From contig JBALDB010000007.1 in the NCBI GenBank assembly GCA_036918135.1, positions 256,001-320,000 of the forward strand: a stretch of DNA of 64,000 nt, given 5' to 3'. Positions 30,502-40,708 of the stretch are shown here, piece by piece. Every line of letters starts with the position of its first letter. Position 1 is the first letter of the stretch. Position numbers and translations under genes: made by a program. The DNA comes from Nostoc sp. (GTDB lineage Bacteria > Cyanobacteriota > Cyanobacteriia > Cyanobacteriales > Nostocaceae). The notes under the pieces were generated by a model. That model saw nothing but the letters and a program-made list of their open reading frames with translations. It ran no database searches and was not told where the DNA came from.

Positions 30502-31434
30502 ATGTGGCTGAAATATGGTGTAGATAAAGATGGAATCTTGATATGTATTCAAGATATCCCTAAAGGTAAGACTTTACTTAAATGTCCTTACTGTCATGGA
30601 GAGTTAATTGCTAAAAAAGGTCAGGTGAAAGAGCATCATTTTGCTCATAATCAGGAAACCTGCCGCCCTGTAGCTAACCGAGAATTTCCGACTTTGCCAC
30701 TGTATGATAATTTCAATATTTGTCTATCTGGGAAGGATTTACAACAATTGAAACTGCTTTGGCAGGAGTACGGAATCAAAAATTATCCTATCAGTTCCTA
30801 CTTAGTTTCTTCTGGGTTAATCAAAGCAGGAATATTGAGAAAAAATGTATACTTAAAACCAATCGAATATGAATTTACTAATTTGGGTAAAATTCCTGTT
30901 GGAGCGTTAGAGTTAACACATTTTAATGAAGTGCAGTCGCCGCTATTACTCAAGAAACTGCTGAAGTTTGAGCTAGTTGCAAAACATGCTCTCCACAAAA
31001 ACGCTCCAGATTTACCATATCGTCTGACTGATTTAAAACTGTACTGCGCTCAACTTCAACGTATTTTATCCTCTAACCTGTATTTTTTAGAGATTCAAGC
31101 AGATAAAGAAATTATTTACAAAATAGGCGTAACTCAAAGGGCTGTTGGACAACGAGTAGCAGAAGTAAAAATGGATTTACTGGCACACTACCAAACTGTT
31201 GCTATTCAGGTATTTGGAAGTTGGAAACACCGGGGGAATATTGAACTATATTTCAAACACCGCTATCGGGACTTTAATTATCCTATTGGAAGTTTAACTG
31301 AATATTATAAATTCAATACTAAGGATATCGAAATTGTCATGGATGACCTGCAAAAAATCAAACCTAAAGTACTTTCGCAAGAGGAAATAAATATTTTGAA
31401 TGACAAATTTAGTTTAACTCAAGTTGCTGTTTAG
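30502..31434 (+). CDS. CoiA-like zinc-finger + GIY-YIG/T5orf172-type nuclease
   Basis: CPYC..KKGQVKEHHFAH..C N-terminus; LYFLEI..YKIGVTQR..RVAE; E..F..TEYY. Confidence 0.75.
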   Translation: MWLKYGVDKDGILICIQDIPKGKTLLKCPYCHGELIAKKGQVKEHHFAHNQETCRPVANREFPTLPLYDNFNICLSGKDLQQLKLLWQEYGIKNYPISSYLVSSGLIKAGILRKNVYLKPIEYEFTNLGKIPVGALELTHFNEVQSPLLLKKLLKFELVAKHALHKNAPDLPYRLTDLKLYCAQLQRILSSNLYFLEIQADKEIIYKIGVTQRAVGQRVAEVKMDLLAHYQTVAIQVFGSWKHRGNIELYFKHRYRDFNYPIGSLTEYYKFNTKDIEIVMDDLQKIKPKVLSQEEINILNDKFSLTQVAV

Positions 31435-31437
31435 CAT

Positions 31438-33597
31438 TTATGAATTCAACTCACCAAATTTAGGACTCCACCATCCTTTTTGTGTAGAAAAATAAGCTAC
31501 ATCCCGATGTTTGTTGTCCTGACGGGATTGGGAGTCAGAACAGCGTAGCATTGTTTTGTTCTCTCCCTCCTTAACGTAACTGTATTCCTCTAATGGTTTT
31601 TTACATACTGGACAAGAAAATGAAGTTAGCTTAGCTGGGGGTTTTGCAATAGTTCCCTTAGATACTTTGTTTCGCGGTAGTTCCCAAGTTTTGTTAAGGT
31701 CACTCCAAAAAAGTACGACGTTTTCACAACCGCTAATACATTTGAGGAAGTACTTTTTTTTAAGCTTGCTGCTCTTAATTTTGGCTAGAAAATTTTTGCA
31801 TTCAGGGCAGCGAGTTTTGGCAGTTTCATATTTGCGCTCTCGTGCTGGTAAAGCTTTGTTTGGAGATGCAGTACTCACAACCACAGTTTTGGCTTTTGCT
31901 AAAGCTGGCGCAAAATATTCTTGATTCCAACTACTTAGGTATTGTTGCCAGCCCTGTTTGCCAACTGCGATCGCATCTAGAGCATCTTCCATCTTAGCTG
32001 TGAATTCTGCCTCTAATAGATCCGGTAATGCTTTTTGTAAGAATGCATCAACTTCTAACCCCAAAGCCGTTGGTTGGAGATGCTCCTTTGTCAACTGCAC
32101 ATAATCCCGTTTCTTCAAGGTGGCGACGGTGGGAGCGTAGGTACTGGGGCGACCAATACCTTTGCGTTCCATCAATTGCACTAGTTTCGGTTCGCTGTAC
32201 CGAGGTGGGGGTTGTGTTTGTTTCTTCTCATGCTGTGCATCTTTTAAGGTGAGTATTTGTCCTTGTTGTAACTGGGGTATTACTGTATCTTTACTGAGAT
32301 TATTCCAGTAGCGGGCATAGCCGTAAAATTCAATTACTTGTCCGTTACAAAGCCACAGCAGATTTCCAGATTGAGTAATTACTTGAGTTTTACGGAGTTG
32401 GGCTGCACGACATTGAGAAGCAATCGCCCGTTTCCAAATCATTACATAAAGATTGAATTCATCAGCTGGGAGTTCTTCTCGTAACTGGGCTGAAGGACGA
32501 AAAATATCTGTTGGGCGGATAGCTTCATGTGCTTCTTGAGCAGATTTAGCACTGCGATGTTTGGCTAAAAATTGTGGTACATTCTGCGGGTCATTTTGCT
32601 CCAACCACTGACGCGCAGCAGCACAAAATTCCGGACTTAACATTACCGAATCTGTTCGCATATAGGTAATTAACCCAGCTTCGTAAAGCTTTTGGGCAAC
32701 TTGCATCGTTTTATCTGGAGAAAACCTCAGCTTAGAACCGGCTGCTTGTTGCAGGGTAGAGGTGGTGAATGGAGGAGGTGGTTGGCGCTGAACTATTTTT
32801 CCTTCAACTTTAATCACCTGATGGGGATGGCGGTGTGCTTCTTCAACTAACCTAGTTGCTTGTGCTTCAGACAGAACACGTTTGCTCTCTGGTACTTGTG
32901 TAGTATTTACTGCGGCATCATCATCAGTTTCGGTTTTTTCTGGTGTATCTGAGTCAGAATTCGCCGTCCCTTTATAGAAAGCGCGAAATCCTTCGGCGTA
33001 ATCTACCCAGACACTCCAGTAGTCCTGGGGTACAAATATTTGAATCTCTTTTTCGCGTTGACAAATCAAGTGTAATGTGGCGCTTTGAACTCGGCCGACG
33101 CTTTTTGCTCCATTGTTTAACGCCCAAACTAGAGGACTTCCCTTGTAGCCCACTAACTTATCAAGACAATCGCGGCACAGTCCCGCACCTATTAAGTTTA
33201 AATTTAGTTTTCTGGGTTTGGCGATCGCTTCTCGAACAGCTGATGCTGTAATTTCAGTATAAATTACTCGTTTTGGTTCTTTTAATCCCAGTACTTCCTT
33301 GATATGCCAAGCGATTGTTTCTCCCTCGCGGTCTGGGTCGGTAGCGATGACAACTTCATCAACCTGTTTGAGTGCGGCTTTTAGTTGCTGAATGGTTTCT
33401 TTGGCTCGTTGGTCGCGGGGAATATAATTGCACTTAACTCTACTGTCATCCATACTGAAGCCCAATGAATCTTCACCTTCATCGCTCAGTTCGCGGATAT
33501 GACCACAACTAGCTAGAACTTTCCATTCTGAACCCAGTATTTGACTGAGTTTTTTGACTTTTCCGGGAGATTCGACAACAAGAAGGCGTTTGGGCAT
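31438..33597 (-). CDS. type IA DNA topoisomerase (accessory, plasmid-type architecture)
   Basis: VVESPGK, ATDPDREGE, GRVQS, LITYMRTDS, AHEAIRPT, GIGRPSTY; C-terminal CxxC ribbons. Confidence 0.93.
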   Translation of the reverse strand: MPKRLLVVESPGKVKKLSQILGSEWKVLASCGHIRELSDEGEDSLGFSMDDSRVKCNYIPRDQRAKETIQQLKAALKQVDEVVIATDPDREGETIAWHIKEVLGLKEPKRVIYTEITASAVREAIAKPRKLNLNLIGAGLCRDCLDKLVGYKGSPLVWALNNGAKSVGRVQSATLHLICQREKEIQIFVPQDYWSVWVDYAEGFRAFYKGTANSDSDTPEKTETDDDAAVNTTQVPESKRVLSEAQATRLVEEAHRHPHQVIKVEGKIVQRQPPPPFTTSTLQQAAGSKLRFSPDKTMQVAQKLYEAGLITYMRTDSVMLSPEFCAAARQWLEQNDPQNVPQFLAKHRSAKSAQEAHEAIRPTDIFRPSAQLREELPADEFNLYVMIWKRAIASQCRAAQLRKTQVITQSGNLLWLCNGQVIEFYGYARYWNNLSKDTVIPQLQQGQILTLKDAQHEKKQTQPPPRYSEPKLVQLMERKGIGRPSTYAPTVATLKKRDYVQLTKEHLQPTALGLEVDAFLQKALPDLLEAEFTAKMEDALDAIAVGKQGWQQYLSSWNQEYFAPALAKAKTVVVSTASPNKALPARERKYETAKTRCPECKNFLAKIKSSKLKKKYFLKCISGCENVVLFWSDLNKTWELPRNKVSKGTIAKPPAKLTSFSCPVCKKPLEEYSYVKEGENKTMLRCSDSQSRQDNKHRDVAYFSTQKGWWSPKFGELNS

Positions 33598-33799
33598 AGC
33601 ACCTGTGCTGAATAGTGCTTTATATTTGGACGAGCGATCGCATTAAACAATTGTATAGTTCATTTTAGTATAAAAGTACTATGATAATTAGTTTTAATAA
33701 TTTACAAAGCACATTTAGTTTAGAAACTGACAAATAAAAAAATATCTCACTGTTGACATTCAACACTTATCAGTCAACAATCATCAACTTCAAACAAAA

Positions 33800-33929
33800 T
33801 AAGTAGATAGACATGATTAAATCTAAGATGTCATTGCCAGCGAAGCGAAGCAATCGCAAAGTCTCTGGGATTGCTTCGCTTCGCTCGTAATGACAGAAGA
33901 TATTATATTTATTTATATCCATCAACTTA
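33800..33929. mobile_element. MITE-like element with taagtag...actta ends and internal palindrome
   Basis: Imperfect terminal inverted repeats; core gtcattgccagcgaagcgaagcaatc..gattgcttcgcttcgctcgtaatgac. Confidence 0.7.
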
Positions 33930-33965
33930 ATTTATTTCTTGGAGTTACCTTAATATCTAAGATTA

Positions 33966-34355
33966 TCAATCAGCAGCAGCATAATCAGGCAATGCTATCA
34001 GTTCAGAACTCACAGCATTGAGATAATTTTGGTCGTCCAAAACTTGTGGTTGCAATTTCTTTGCATTTACCGCAGCTGTAACCAAATCTTTTGCCAGAAT
34101 TTTGCTACTAAGAGTTTTAAGTACTAGTGTTCCACCACTCGGAATCCCATCTTGCAAAAGACCCCCTTGGTAAGCATAAGAAACAAGGTCGAATGGTTCC
34201 AAGTAATTAATGCTACTAGAATTACTGGATAATTTGTTCGAGTTCATGACTATTGGTTGATTATTAGTTGTAACTATTTGTGCGTTACTAATTGCAGGCG
34301 TAAGAGTAATTGCAGCAAGAGCTACCAAAGAATCTATCAAAATAGAAAATTTCAT
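33966..34355 (-). CDS. secreted hypothetical protein
   Basis: Signal-peptide-like N-terminus; PFDLVSYAYQG..GIPS motif recalled from cyanobacterial hypotheticals. Confidence 0.7.
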   Translation of the reverse strand: MKFSILIDSLVALAAITLTPAISNAQIVTTNNQPIVMNSNKLSSNSSSINYLEPFDLVSYAYQGGLLQDGIPSGGTLVLKTLSSKILAKDLVTAAVNAKKLQPQVLDDQNYLNAVSSELIALPDYAAAD

Positions 34356-34525
34356 AAGGTAATCCTAAATTCAAGTAAAACGTTATTAGTTTTAGTAAGT
34401 TTTAGTAGTCTAAAAATAAAAAGGGGAGAATTAGGGTAAAAAAATAAATATTCTTCTGTCTTGAGTGGGCAGCGTGTTACGGAGGATTTTGCAAGAGGTC
34501 TATTAATCCGAAACGAAGATGTTGC

Positions 34526-34559
34526 AAAAAAGCCCGGTTACTCTAATAACCAGGCTTTT
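34526..34559 (-). terminator. terminator downstream of hspA
   Basis: aaaaaagcccggtta-N6-taaccaggctttt hairpin. Confidence 0.6.
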
Positions 34560-34607
34560 AGCTATTTTAATTAATCAAAGAAGGTAGACTAATTGGCTAA
34601 CGACCAA

Positions 34608-35060
34608 TTAAGCAGTAGGTTGTTCTAAATTAACTTTGACAACTTTGTTCCTTTCTTTATCGGCTTTAGGCAGCGTCAGATTCAAAATACCGTCTTTGTA
34701 TTCAGCAGTCACTTTAGTATTTTCAACCCTAGCGGATAGAGGAATTATACGTTTAAATTGACCGTAGTAAAATTCGCTCTTAACAGCACCTTTTTGTTCG
34801 GTTTTAGTTTCAGATTTACGTTCACCGCTAATGTGGACAGCATCTTCAGTGACTTGAATATCCAAGTCTTTAGCTGACATTCCCGGTAGTTCTAGCTTTA
34901 GATGAATAGTATCTTCAGTTTCTTGCAGTTCTGCGGCCGGAACTCTAACTAAGTTCCTTTCAAAGGAACCAGATGGTGCTATAGTCTCTTCAAACAAGTT
35001 ATTAATTTGACGTTGGAGAGTGTCAATTTCTCTCCAAGGATTCCAACGAACTAGTGTCAT
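34608..35060 (-). CDS. hspA: small heat shock protein Hsp20
   Basis: MTLVRWNPWREI, ELPGM, AEYKDGILNLTLPK alpha-crystallin motifs. Confidence 0.92.
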   Translation of the reverse strand: MTLVRWNPWREIDTLQRQINNLFEETIAPSGSFERNLVRVPAAELQETEDTIHLKLELPGMSAKDLDIQVTEDAVHISGERKSETKTEQKGAVKSEFYYGQFKRIIPLSARVENTKVTAEYKDGILNLTLPKADKERNKVVKVNLEQPTA

Positions 35061-35237
35061 AACTCTTCCTCAGATTAATTAGCTATCTGTTTAATTGTTT
35101 TTGCACTTGGCTTTGTGCTTACTTTTAATATTATGTCTTGTTTAAAATGCTGTAAATTCGGTTATTCTCACCTAATAAATCAGGATTACCGCACCAAATT
35201 AAGTAGGAAAAAACATTACGGTTTACTTTAATTTTCA

Positions 35238-35253
35238 GTTCGGTAAACCGAAA
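35238..35253. promoter_or_regulatory. K-box-like inverted repeat upstream of hspA
   Basis: GTTCGGTAAACCGAAA versus recalled K-box consensus GTTCGG-NNAN-CCNNAC. Confidence 0.5.
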
Positions 35254-35546
35254 GCAAGGAACTCTTGTCAAAGTTGCTACAGCTAGTGGTGAGAGTAAAA
35301 CCCATACAGTCGGATTAAGTTGACATTAATAGATGTATTGGATAGTCTACAACCGCATACCCAAATAGAAGAGTGTAAGCTTAGCCCTCCCTTGAACATT
35401 GCCTTTTGGCTGGCGCTAGCTTATAACATTCATGAAGAAAAGGGTTCGGTAATAAATTATTTACTGTTCTATGAAATTAACCTTGTTAAGTTACTCAGCA
35501 GGTGCAGTTATCACCTGATATTGTGACATGCAACAGGAGTATAGAA

Positions 35547-36284
35547 ATGTTGCTCAGGCTTTCTTCAGAATCTCCTCTATTTATTCTCTTAATCATTATT
35601 AGTTTTCTAGTAATCACTTTGTCAACTTGGTTATCATCTCAACCATTTGCTTTTAAACCATTTGGGTTGAACGATATTATCCAAATACTGACAATACCAT
35701 TATTTATATCTTTGTTATTAGAGCGGTCTTTAGAAGTTTTTATAACTACTTGGCGTAGCCCATTTGTAGAAAACTTAGATATTGAAATTCAGCGCCAAAA
35801 ACTTCTCATTGATGAAAAGCTCAAACTAGCAAAAGAACAAAAGCAACCAAGTACAAGCTCTGATTTATCATCTAATGTAACTAGTATTTTACCACCGGAA
35901 GGAATGAGTTTAGAACAGCAAATTATTCAAAATTTTATTCAAAGCCAAGAACAAGTATTATTAGTAATTCAACCAGAACTTGATGATTTAAATACCAAAG
36001 AACGCCAAAGAGCAGCTTATAAGGCTGATACACGAACAATTGCTCTGTGGACATCACTTGTATTCGGTCTTTTAATTAGTGCAATCGGTATTCGTTCAAT
36101 CGAACCATTGGTAGTTCTTGATTTAAATAATCAAACCCAAGTAGTTATTTTCCGTTCTTTGGATGCCTTATTAACAGGAGGTTTAATTGCCGGAGGTAGT
36201 GAGGGAATTCATCAGATTATCCAGGTTTTTATCAACTTTATGGAAGCTACATCTAAACAAATTAAAGACAAGGGATTGTCATAA
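35547..36284 (+). CDS. 4-TM membrane protein, unknown function
   Basis: AGGAG RBS; LLERSLEVF and LLTGGLIAGGSEGIHQII motifs around a coiled-coil loop. Confidence 0.75.
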   Translation: MLLRLSSESPLFILLIIISFLVITLSTWLSSQPFAFKPFGLNDIIQILTIPLFISLLLERSLEVFITTWRSPFVENLDIEIQRQKLLIDEKLKLAKEQKQPSTSSDLSSNVTSILPPEGMSLEQQIIQNFIQSQEQVLLVIQPELDDLNTKERQRAAYKADTRTIALWTSLVFGLLISAIGIRSIEPLVVLDLNNQTQVVIFRSLDALLTGGLIAGGSEGIHQIIQVFINFMEATSKQIKDKGLS

Positions 36285-36480
36285 AAGGGACTGGGGTAGA
36301 TAAAATGCGATCGCCTAATTTTAGCTTTAGAGTCAGATTTAAGGAAAAGCAGTTTTTCGGATGCTACGCCAATTCATTAAGCTGACGCTCTAAAATACAA
36401 TTATTTGTGGATTCTCCTGAGCCGATATAGAGTTTGTCTAAGGCAAACTAGCTCTATAACCCTCTGATAGGAGTCAACTT

Positions 36481-36876
36481 ATGGTTCGTAAAAGACAAAT
36501 ATCTCGCGTTCTCGAAAAAGCTGAGTTAAGAGCCGCTGGATTGCAAAAAATCGATCCAAATTTAGATTTAGGGAATGGTATCAGTTTAAAAAACTTCACA
36601 GAACAAATTGAGAAGTTACGCAGTGAAATTGATGCCTATAACAAAGCTTTAGAGCTGATTGAAACTTTACAAGTTGAAATTAAAGAATTAGAAAAAGAAT
36701 TGAATAGTATCAGCGGGAGAATGCTGCTAGGAGTTGCTGTTAAGTACGGTAAAGACAGCTGCGAATATATGATGGCGGGTGGTGTTCGTACAAGCGATCG
36801 CATCCGTAAAAGCAGGAAAACTCGTTTGAAACGAATTGCACAGAAAAAATCAGCACAGAGTAATCAAACCGTTTAG
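36481..36876 (+). CDS. conserved cyanobacterial coiled-coil hypothetical protein
   Basis: AGGAG RBS; SRVLEKAELRAAGL..GVAVKYGKDS.EY.MAGGVR pattern. Confidence 0.8.
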   Translation: MVRKRQISRVLEKAELRAAGLQKIDPNLDLGNGISLKNFTEQIEKLRSEIDAYNKALELIETLQVEIKELEKELNSISGRMLLGVAVKYGKDSCEYMMAGGVRTSDRIRKSRKTRLKRIAQKKSAQSNQTV

Positions 36877-36903
36877 TATCATTATATTGTTTTAAGCAAT
36901 TTC

Positions 36904-36929
36904 TAGGGGTGTATAGCTATACACCCCTA
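36904..36929. terminator. perfect 26-bp palindrome / terminator
   Basis: taggggtgtatagctatacaccccta followed closely by a T tract. Confidence 0.65.
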
Positions 36930-36988
36930 TATTTTTTTGTAAAATACAATACATCAACTTAAGTTTAGTAGCAAAGGAACCAAAAAGT

Positions 36989-37726
36989 ATGACCGTTTAT
37001 AGTCCTCAAGTAATCCGTCATATATTGATTGGACTGGGATATTTAGCTCCTGAAATCGATCCGAATCCCGATCCTCAATTTGCTCCTTGGAAGCGGAATA
37101 ATAACTCCTTAACAGACGATCCTACGGAAGAAGCGATTAAAAAGTTTCAAAAACAATATCCACAAAAACTTGTGGTTAATGGTAACGCTGATGTTGAAAC
37201 TAGAGAAGTGATGGAGGATATAATCAAAGGGCTTCAGAATAGATTGAAGTTTCACGGTTTTGCAACCAATGCTGAAATTCCTTCAGATCAGCCTTTTTAT
37301 GGCCCAGCTACTTATAAAGCTGTGAAAAAATTTCAGAAATCTCAAGGTCTAACTGAAAACGGTATTGCCAATATTGAACAGCGTCAAATTCTACAGCAAC
37401 CGACTCTGACACCAAATAAACCCCAACCTCCGACGCAACTCAAGCTGAGAGATTTATGGTTGCAATTCAAAAAGAATCCGCAAAATCCTTCTTATATTGC
37501 AGCGCTAAATAACTTACAACAAAATCTACCCAAGGATATTTTGCAGAAAGTTACTAATAAATGGAGGGGAACAAACGACCAAAACCCCGAACTTGTTAAG
37601 CTGACAAATGTGTTCACTTATTATGATGACAACAATCCAAACCAGCGCGATGCACTAGATTACTTACAAAGTCAGATAACACCAGCCATCTATAAAGAAT
37701 TTATTGCTCTCTGGAATAAGAAGTAA
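36989..37726 (+). CDS. peptidoglycan-binding domain protein with two C-terminal helical repeats
   Basis: Two PG_binding_1-like units (TEEAIKKFQK..VNGNAD; TYKAVKKFQKSQGLTENGIA). Confidence 0.8.
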   Translation: MTVYSPQVIRHILIGLGYLAPEIDPNPDPQFAPWKRNNNSLTDDPTEEAIKKFQKQYPQKLVVNGNADVETREVMEDIIKGLQNRLKFHGFATNAEIPSDQPFYGPATYKAVKKFQKSQGLTENGIANIEQRQILQQPTLTPNKPQPPTQLKLRDLWLQFKKNPQNPSYIAALNNLQQNLPKDILQKVTNKWRGTNDQNPELVKLTNVFTYYDDNNPNQRDALDYLQSQITPAIYKEFIALWNKK

Positions 37727-37770
37727 ATAATATGGTGCGTTATAGCTTTAGTTATAACGCACCATATTAT
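37727..37770. terminator. 18-bp stem hairpin
   Basis: ataatatggtgcgttata-N8-tataacgcaccatattat. Confidence 0.6.
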
Positions 37771-37811
37771 ATTGATAAATTAACTGTAAAATAGATAAGA
37801 TTTAGGTATCC

Positions 37812-39035
37812 ATGAAAAATGCGATCGCTCATCAAACCGCATTCTTATTTATCTGCTCTCTGCTACTGATAGCCTGTGGCAAAACTGGCAATCCTCATCA
37901 AAATTCTACAAATAATCCCACAACAAATACATCTGATGTTATTCCCATTGGCATCGCTTTTGCCCAAACAAGTAATGTGGCATTACTTGGTCAAGAGGGA
38001 ACTGATGGAGTAAAAATTGCCCAAAAGTATTTTAATGACAAAGGAGGCATCAATGGGAAATCAATTAAATTAGTATTTCAAGATACTGGAGGCGACGAAG
38101 CTGGAGCTATTAATGCTTTTCAAACTTTAATTAATCAAGATAAAGTCGTGGGCATAATTGGCCCTACCCTATCACAACAAGCTTTTAGTGCCGACCCTGT
38201 AGCAGAACGTAATAAACTCCCAGTTCTAGGAGCATCAAATACTGCAAATGGGATTCCGGAAATTGGTGATTATGTTGCTCGTGTTTCTTCATCTGTCGCT
38301 GTGGTTGCTCCTTATTCTGTGAAAGCTGCACTCCAGCAAAATCCTCAAATTAAAAGAGTAGCCGTATTCTACGCTCAAAATGATGCTTTCAATAAATCAG
38401 AAACAGAAATTTTTCAGAAAACAGTTAAAGATTTAGGATTGAATTTAGTCACAGTCCAAAAATTTCAAACTACAGATACCGACTTTCAAGCTCAAGCCAG
38501 CGATGCTATTAATTTAAAACCTGATTTGGCGATTATATCCGGGTTAGCTGTAGATGGAGGTAATTTAGTTAAACAATTACGAGAACTTGGTTATAAAGGA
38601 TTAATTATTGGTGGCAATGGTTTTAATACATCGCATATATTTTCTGTGTGCAGAGCATTTTGTGAAGGTGTGATTGTTGCTCAAGCTTATAGTCCTGTAT
38701 ATCCTAGTGAAATTAATACGGCATTTCGCAAAGCTTACCTTGAACAATATCAAAGAGAACCACCCCAAGTTAGCGCTCAAGCTTTTGCAGCGATGCAGGT
38801 ATATGTAGAAGCTCTGCAATCTTTAGATAAAAAAAGCAAAATTAACAAATTAAGTCTGACACAGTTGCGTACACAATTGAATCAAGAATTATTAAAAGGA
38901 ACATATCAAACTCCTCTGGGTGAAATTGCTTTTACACCAGCGGGTGATGTGATTCAAAAAGAGTTTTATGTTGCCCAATTGAAGATGGAGCCAAACGGTG
39001 TTAAGGGTAAATTTTCATTTTTAAATATCAAATAA
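37812..39035 (+). CDS. branched-chain amino acid ABC transporter substrate-binding lipoprotein
   Basis: LIAC lipobox; GGINGKSIKLVFQD, GIIGPTLS; no permeases adjacent. Confidence 0.88.
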   Translation: MKNAIAHQTAFLFICSLLLIACGKTGNPHQNSTNNPTTNTSDVIPIGIAFAQTSNVALLGQEGTDGVKIAQKYFNDKGGINGKSIKLVFQDTGGDEAGAINAFQTLINQDKVVGIIGPTLSQQAFSADPVAERNKLPVLGASNTANGIPEIGDYVARVSSSVAVVAPYSVKAALQQNPQIKRVAVFYAQNDAFNKSETEIFQKTVKDLGLNLVTVQKFQTTDTDFQAQASDAINLKPDLAIISGLAVDGGNLVKQLRELGYKGLIIGGNGFNTSHIFSVCRAFCEGVIVAQAYSPVYPSEINTAFRKAYLEQYQREPPQVSAQAFAAMQVYVEALQSLDKKSKINKLSLTQLRTQLNQELLKGTYQTPLGEIAFTPAGDVIQKEFYVAQLKMEPNGVKGKFSFLNIK

Positions 39036-39141
39036 ACATCTTGCTTGCTTGTAATCATGGGCAGACGAGACGCCCACCCCACAACATTAGATGATTTATT
39101 TCTTGGAAATTTCTCAAATGCAATCATCAACTAGCAAAGCA

Positions 39142-40518
39142 TCAAACAGTCTGTAAAACCGCAGATTTCAGCTGACGTTGACTCGTGACAACCATCTCAA
39201 TGGGACGGTCTGGGCCTGTTACTAAACCACGGCGTTTGGGTCGCACTTCACGATTATTAACTAACTTTAATTCTCGGCTGGTAAGAATTTTGGCAAGTGC
39301 TAACTTCATTTCCAATTGAGCAAATGCTAGACCAATACAGCGCCTTGCACCACCACCAAAGGGCAAATATTCATAAGCAGAAAATTGACGTTCTAAAAAA
39401 CGTTCTGGCTTAAATTGCTGAGGTTGTGGGTAAATGTCTTCCCGGTGGTGGGTTAAATAAATCGAACCAAGGATGATTGTATCGGGTTCGAGTTTGTAAT
39501 TGCCCAGCGAGAAAGGTGTTCTGACTACTCTAGGAAAGGTGAGTATACCGACTGGGTAAATCCGTAATGTTTCGCAGCAAACGGCGTTGAGATAAGGTAA
39601 TTTAAAAATGGTACTGGGGTCTGGGTTATTGTCTAAGCTATCTAATTCTTGGAGTAGCTTTTGACGTACTGATGGTAGTTTGTGAATCCAGTAGAATGCC
39701 CATGCTAAGGCTGTAGCTGTGGTTTCGTGACCGGCGACTAACAAAGTCATCAATTCATCGCGCAACTCTTCATCGGTCATGGGTTGACCAGTTTCATCTC
39801 TAGCAGCCATGAGTAAGCTGAGAATATCTGTGCGTGATGAATCTGGTTGTTTTCGACGTTCTCGAATTTCCTCGTAGATGAGTTGGTCGGCTTCCTGCTG
39901 ACGGCGCAGTTGTTTTCCCCAAAAGTTAATCGGGCCAAAATCTCTTTGCAAAGCAGGGAAATAAAGCAAAGCCACAATTAATCGAGAACTGCCTTTTTCT
40001 AAAAGATCCCCTAAAAAGTGCTGTAGTTTTTCGGCGCGAGTTCCTTCATGTAACCCAAACACAGCTTGCATAATTACTCGCAGGGTAATGGCTTGGGTAA
40101 CAGACCGAATATTAAAAGGTTTACCTATTGGGTATTGGCTGATAACTTGCTCGGTGACATCAGTAATCACCTGGCTATAGTTTCGCATTCTTTCGCCGTG
40201 AAAAGGAGGCATTAGCAACTGGCGTTGGCGTTGGTGTTCTGCGCCGCTGATAGTAATTACAGAATGCTTACCTACCAAAGATTCAAATATCTGATTTAGA
40301 TCGCCAGGCGCTTCCAATTCCTTGGTATCATTTGTCAAAATTTGCTGTTGCGCTTGGGGGTTGCTGACAATTACTATAGGAGGCAGATTTTTGTCTAATC
40401 TGAGAGTAAAAATCTCTCCATACCTTTTGGCGCAAGCTTCCATAAATGACATCGGATTAGCTATCCAGCGTACCATCTGTGAAATTGCTGGGATTTGCGG
40501 CCCATTTGGTAACTTCAT
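39142..40518 (-). CDS. cytochrome P450 (CYP110-like)
   Basis: AGHETTA, ETLR, PERF, FGGGARRCIG heme motif. Confidence 0.95.
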   Translation of the reverse strand: MKLPNGPQIPAISQMVRWIANPMSFMEACAKRYGEIFTLRLDKNLPPIVIVSNPQAQQQILTNDTKELEAPGDLNQIFESLVGKHSVITISGAEHQRQRQLLMPPFHGERMRNYSQVITDVTEQVISQYPIGKPFNIRSVTQAITLRVIMQAVFGLHEGTRAEKLQHFLGDLLEKGSSRLIVALLYFPALQRDFGPINFWGKQLRRQQEADQLIYEEIRERRKQPDSSRTDILSLLMAARDETGQPMTDEELRDELMTLLVAGHETTATALAWAFYWIHKLPSVRQKLLQELDSLDNNPDPSTIFKLPYLNAVCCETLRIYPVGILTFPRVVRTPFSLGNYKLEPDTIILGSIYLTHHREDIYPQPQQFKPERFLERQFSAYEYLPFGGGARRCIGLAFAQLEMKLALAKILTSRELKLVNNREVRPKRRGLVTGPDRPIEMVVTSQRQLKSAVLQTV

Positions 40519-40708
40519 AAAATTTTTTTACTACTTAAATATGTTTTATAGTACTTAAACTAACTTAAATTTTGGTTAGCGAACCATTTAAAGTACTTAT
40601 CCTGACGTTGCCAAAAAGCAATAAACTGTTACAACATCAAAGATGTAGAATTTTTATTGAATTCAACGAGCATCTACAGTTTCATTTCATCGTCATAAGG
40701 TACTCAGC

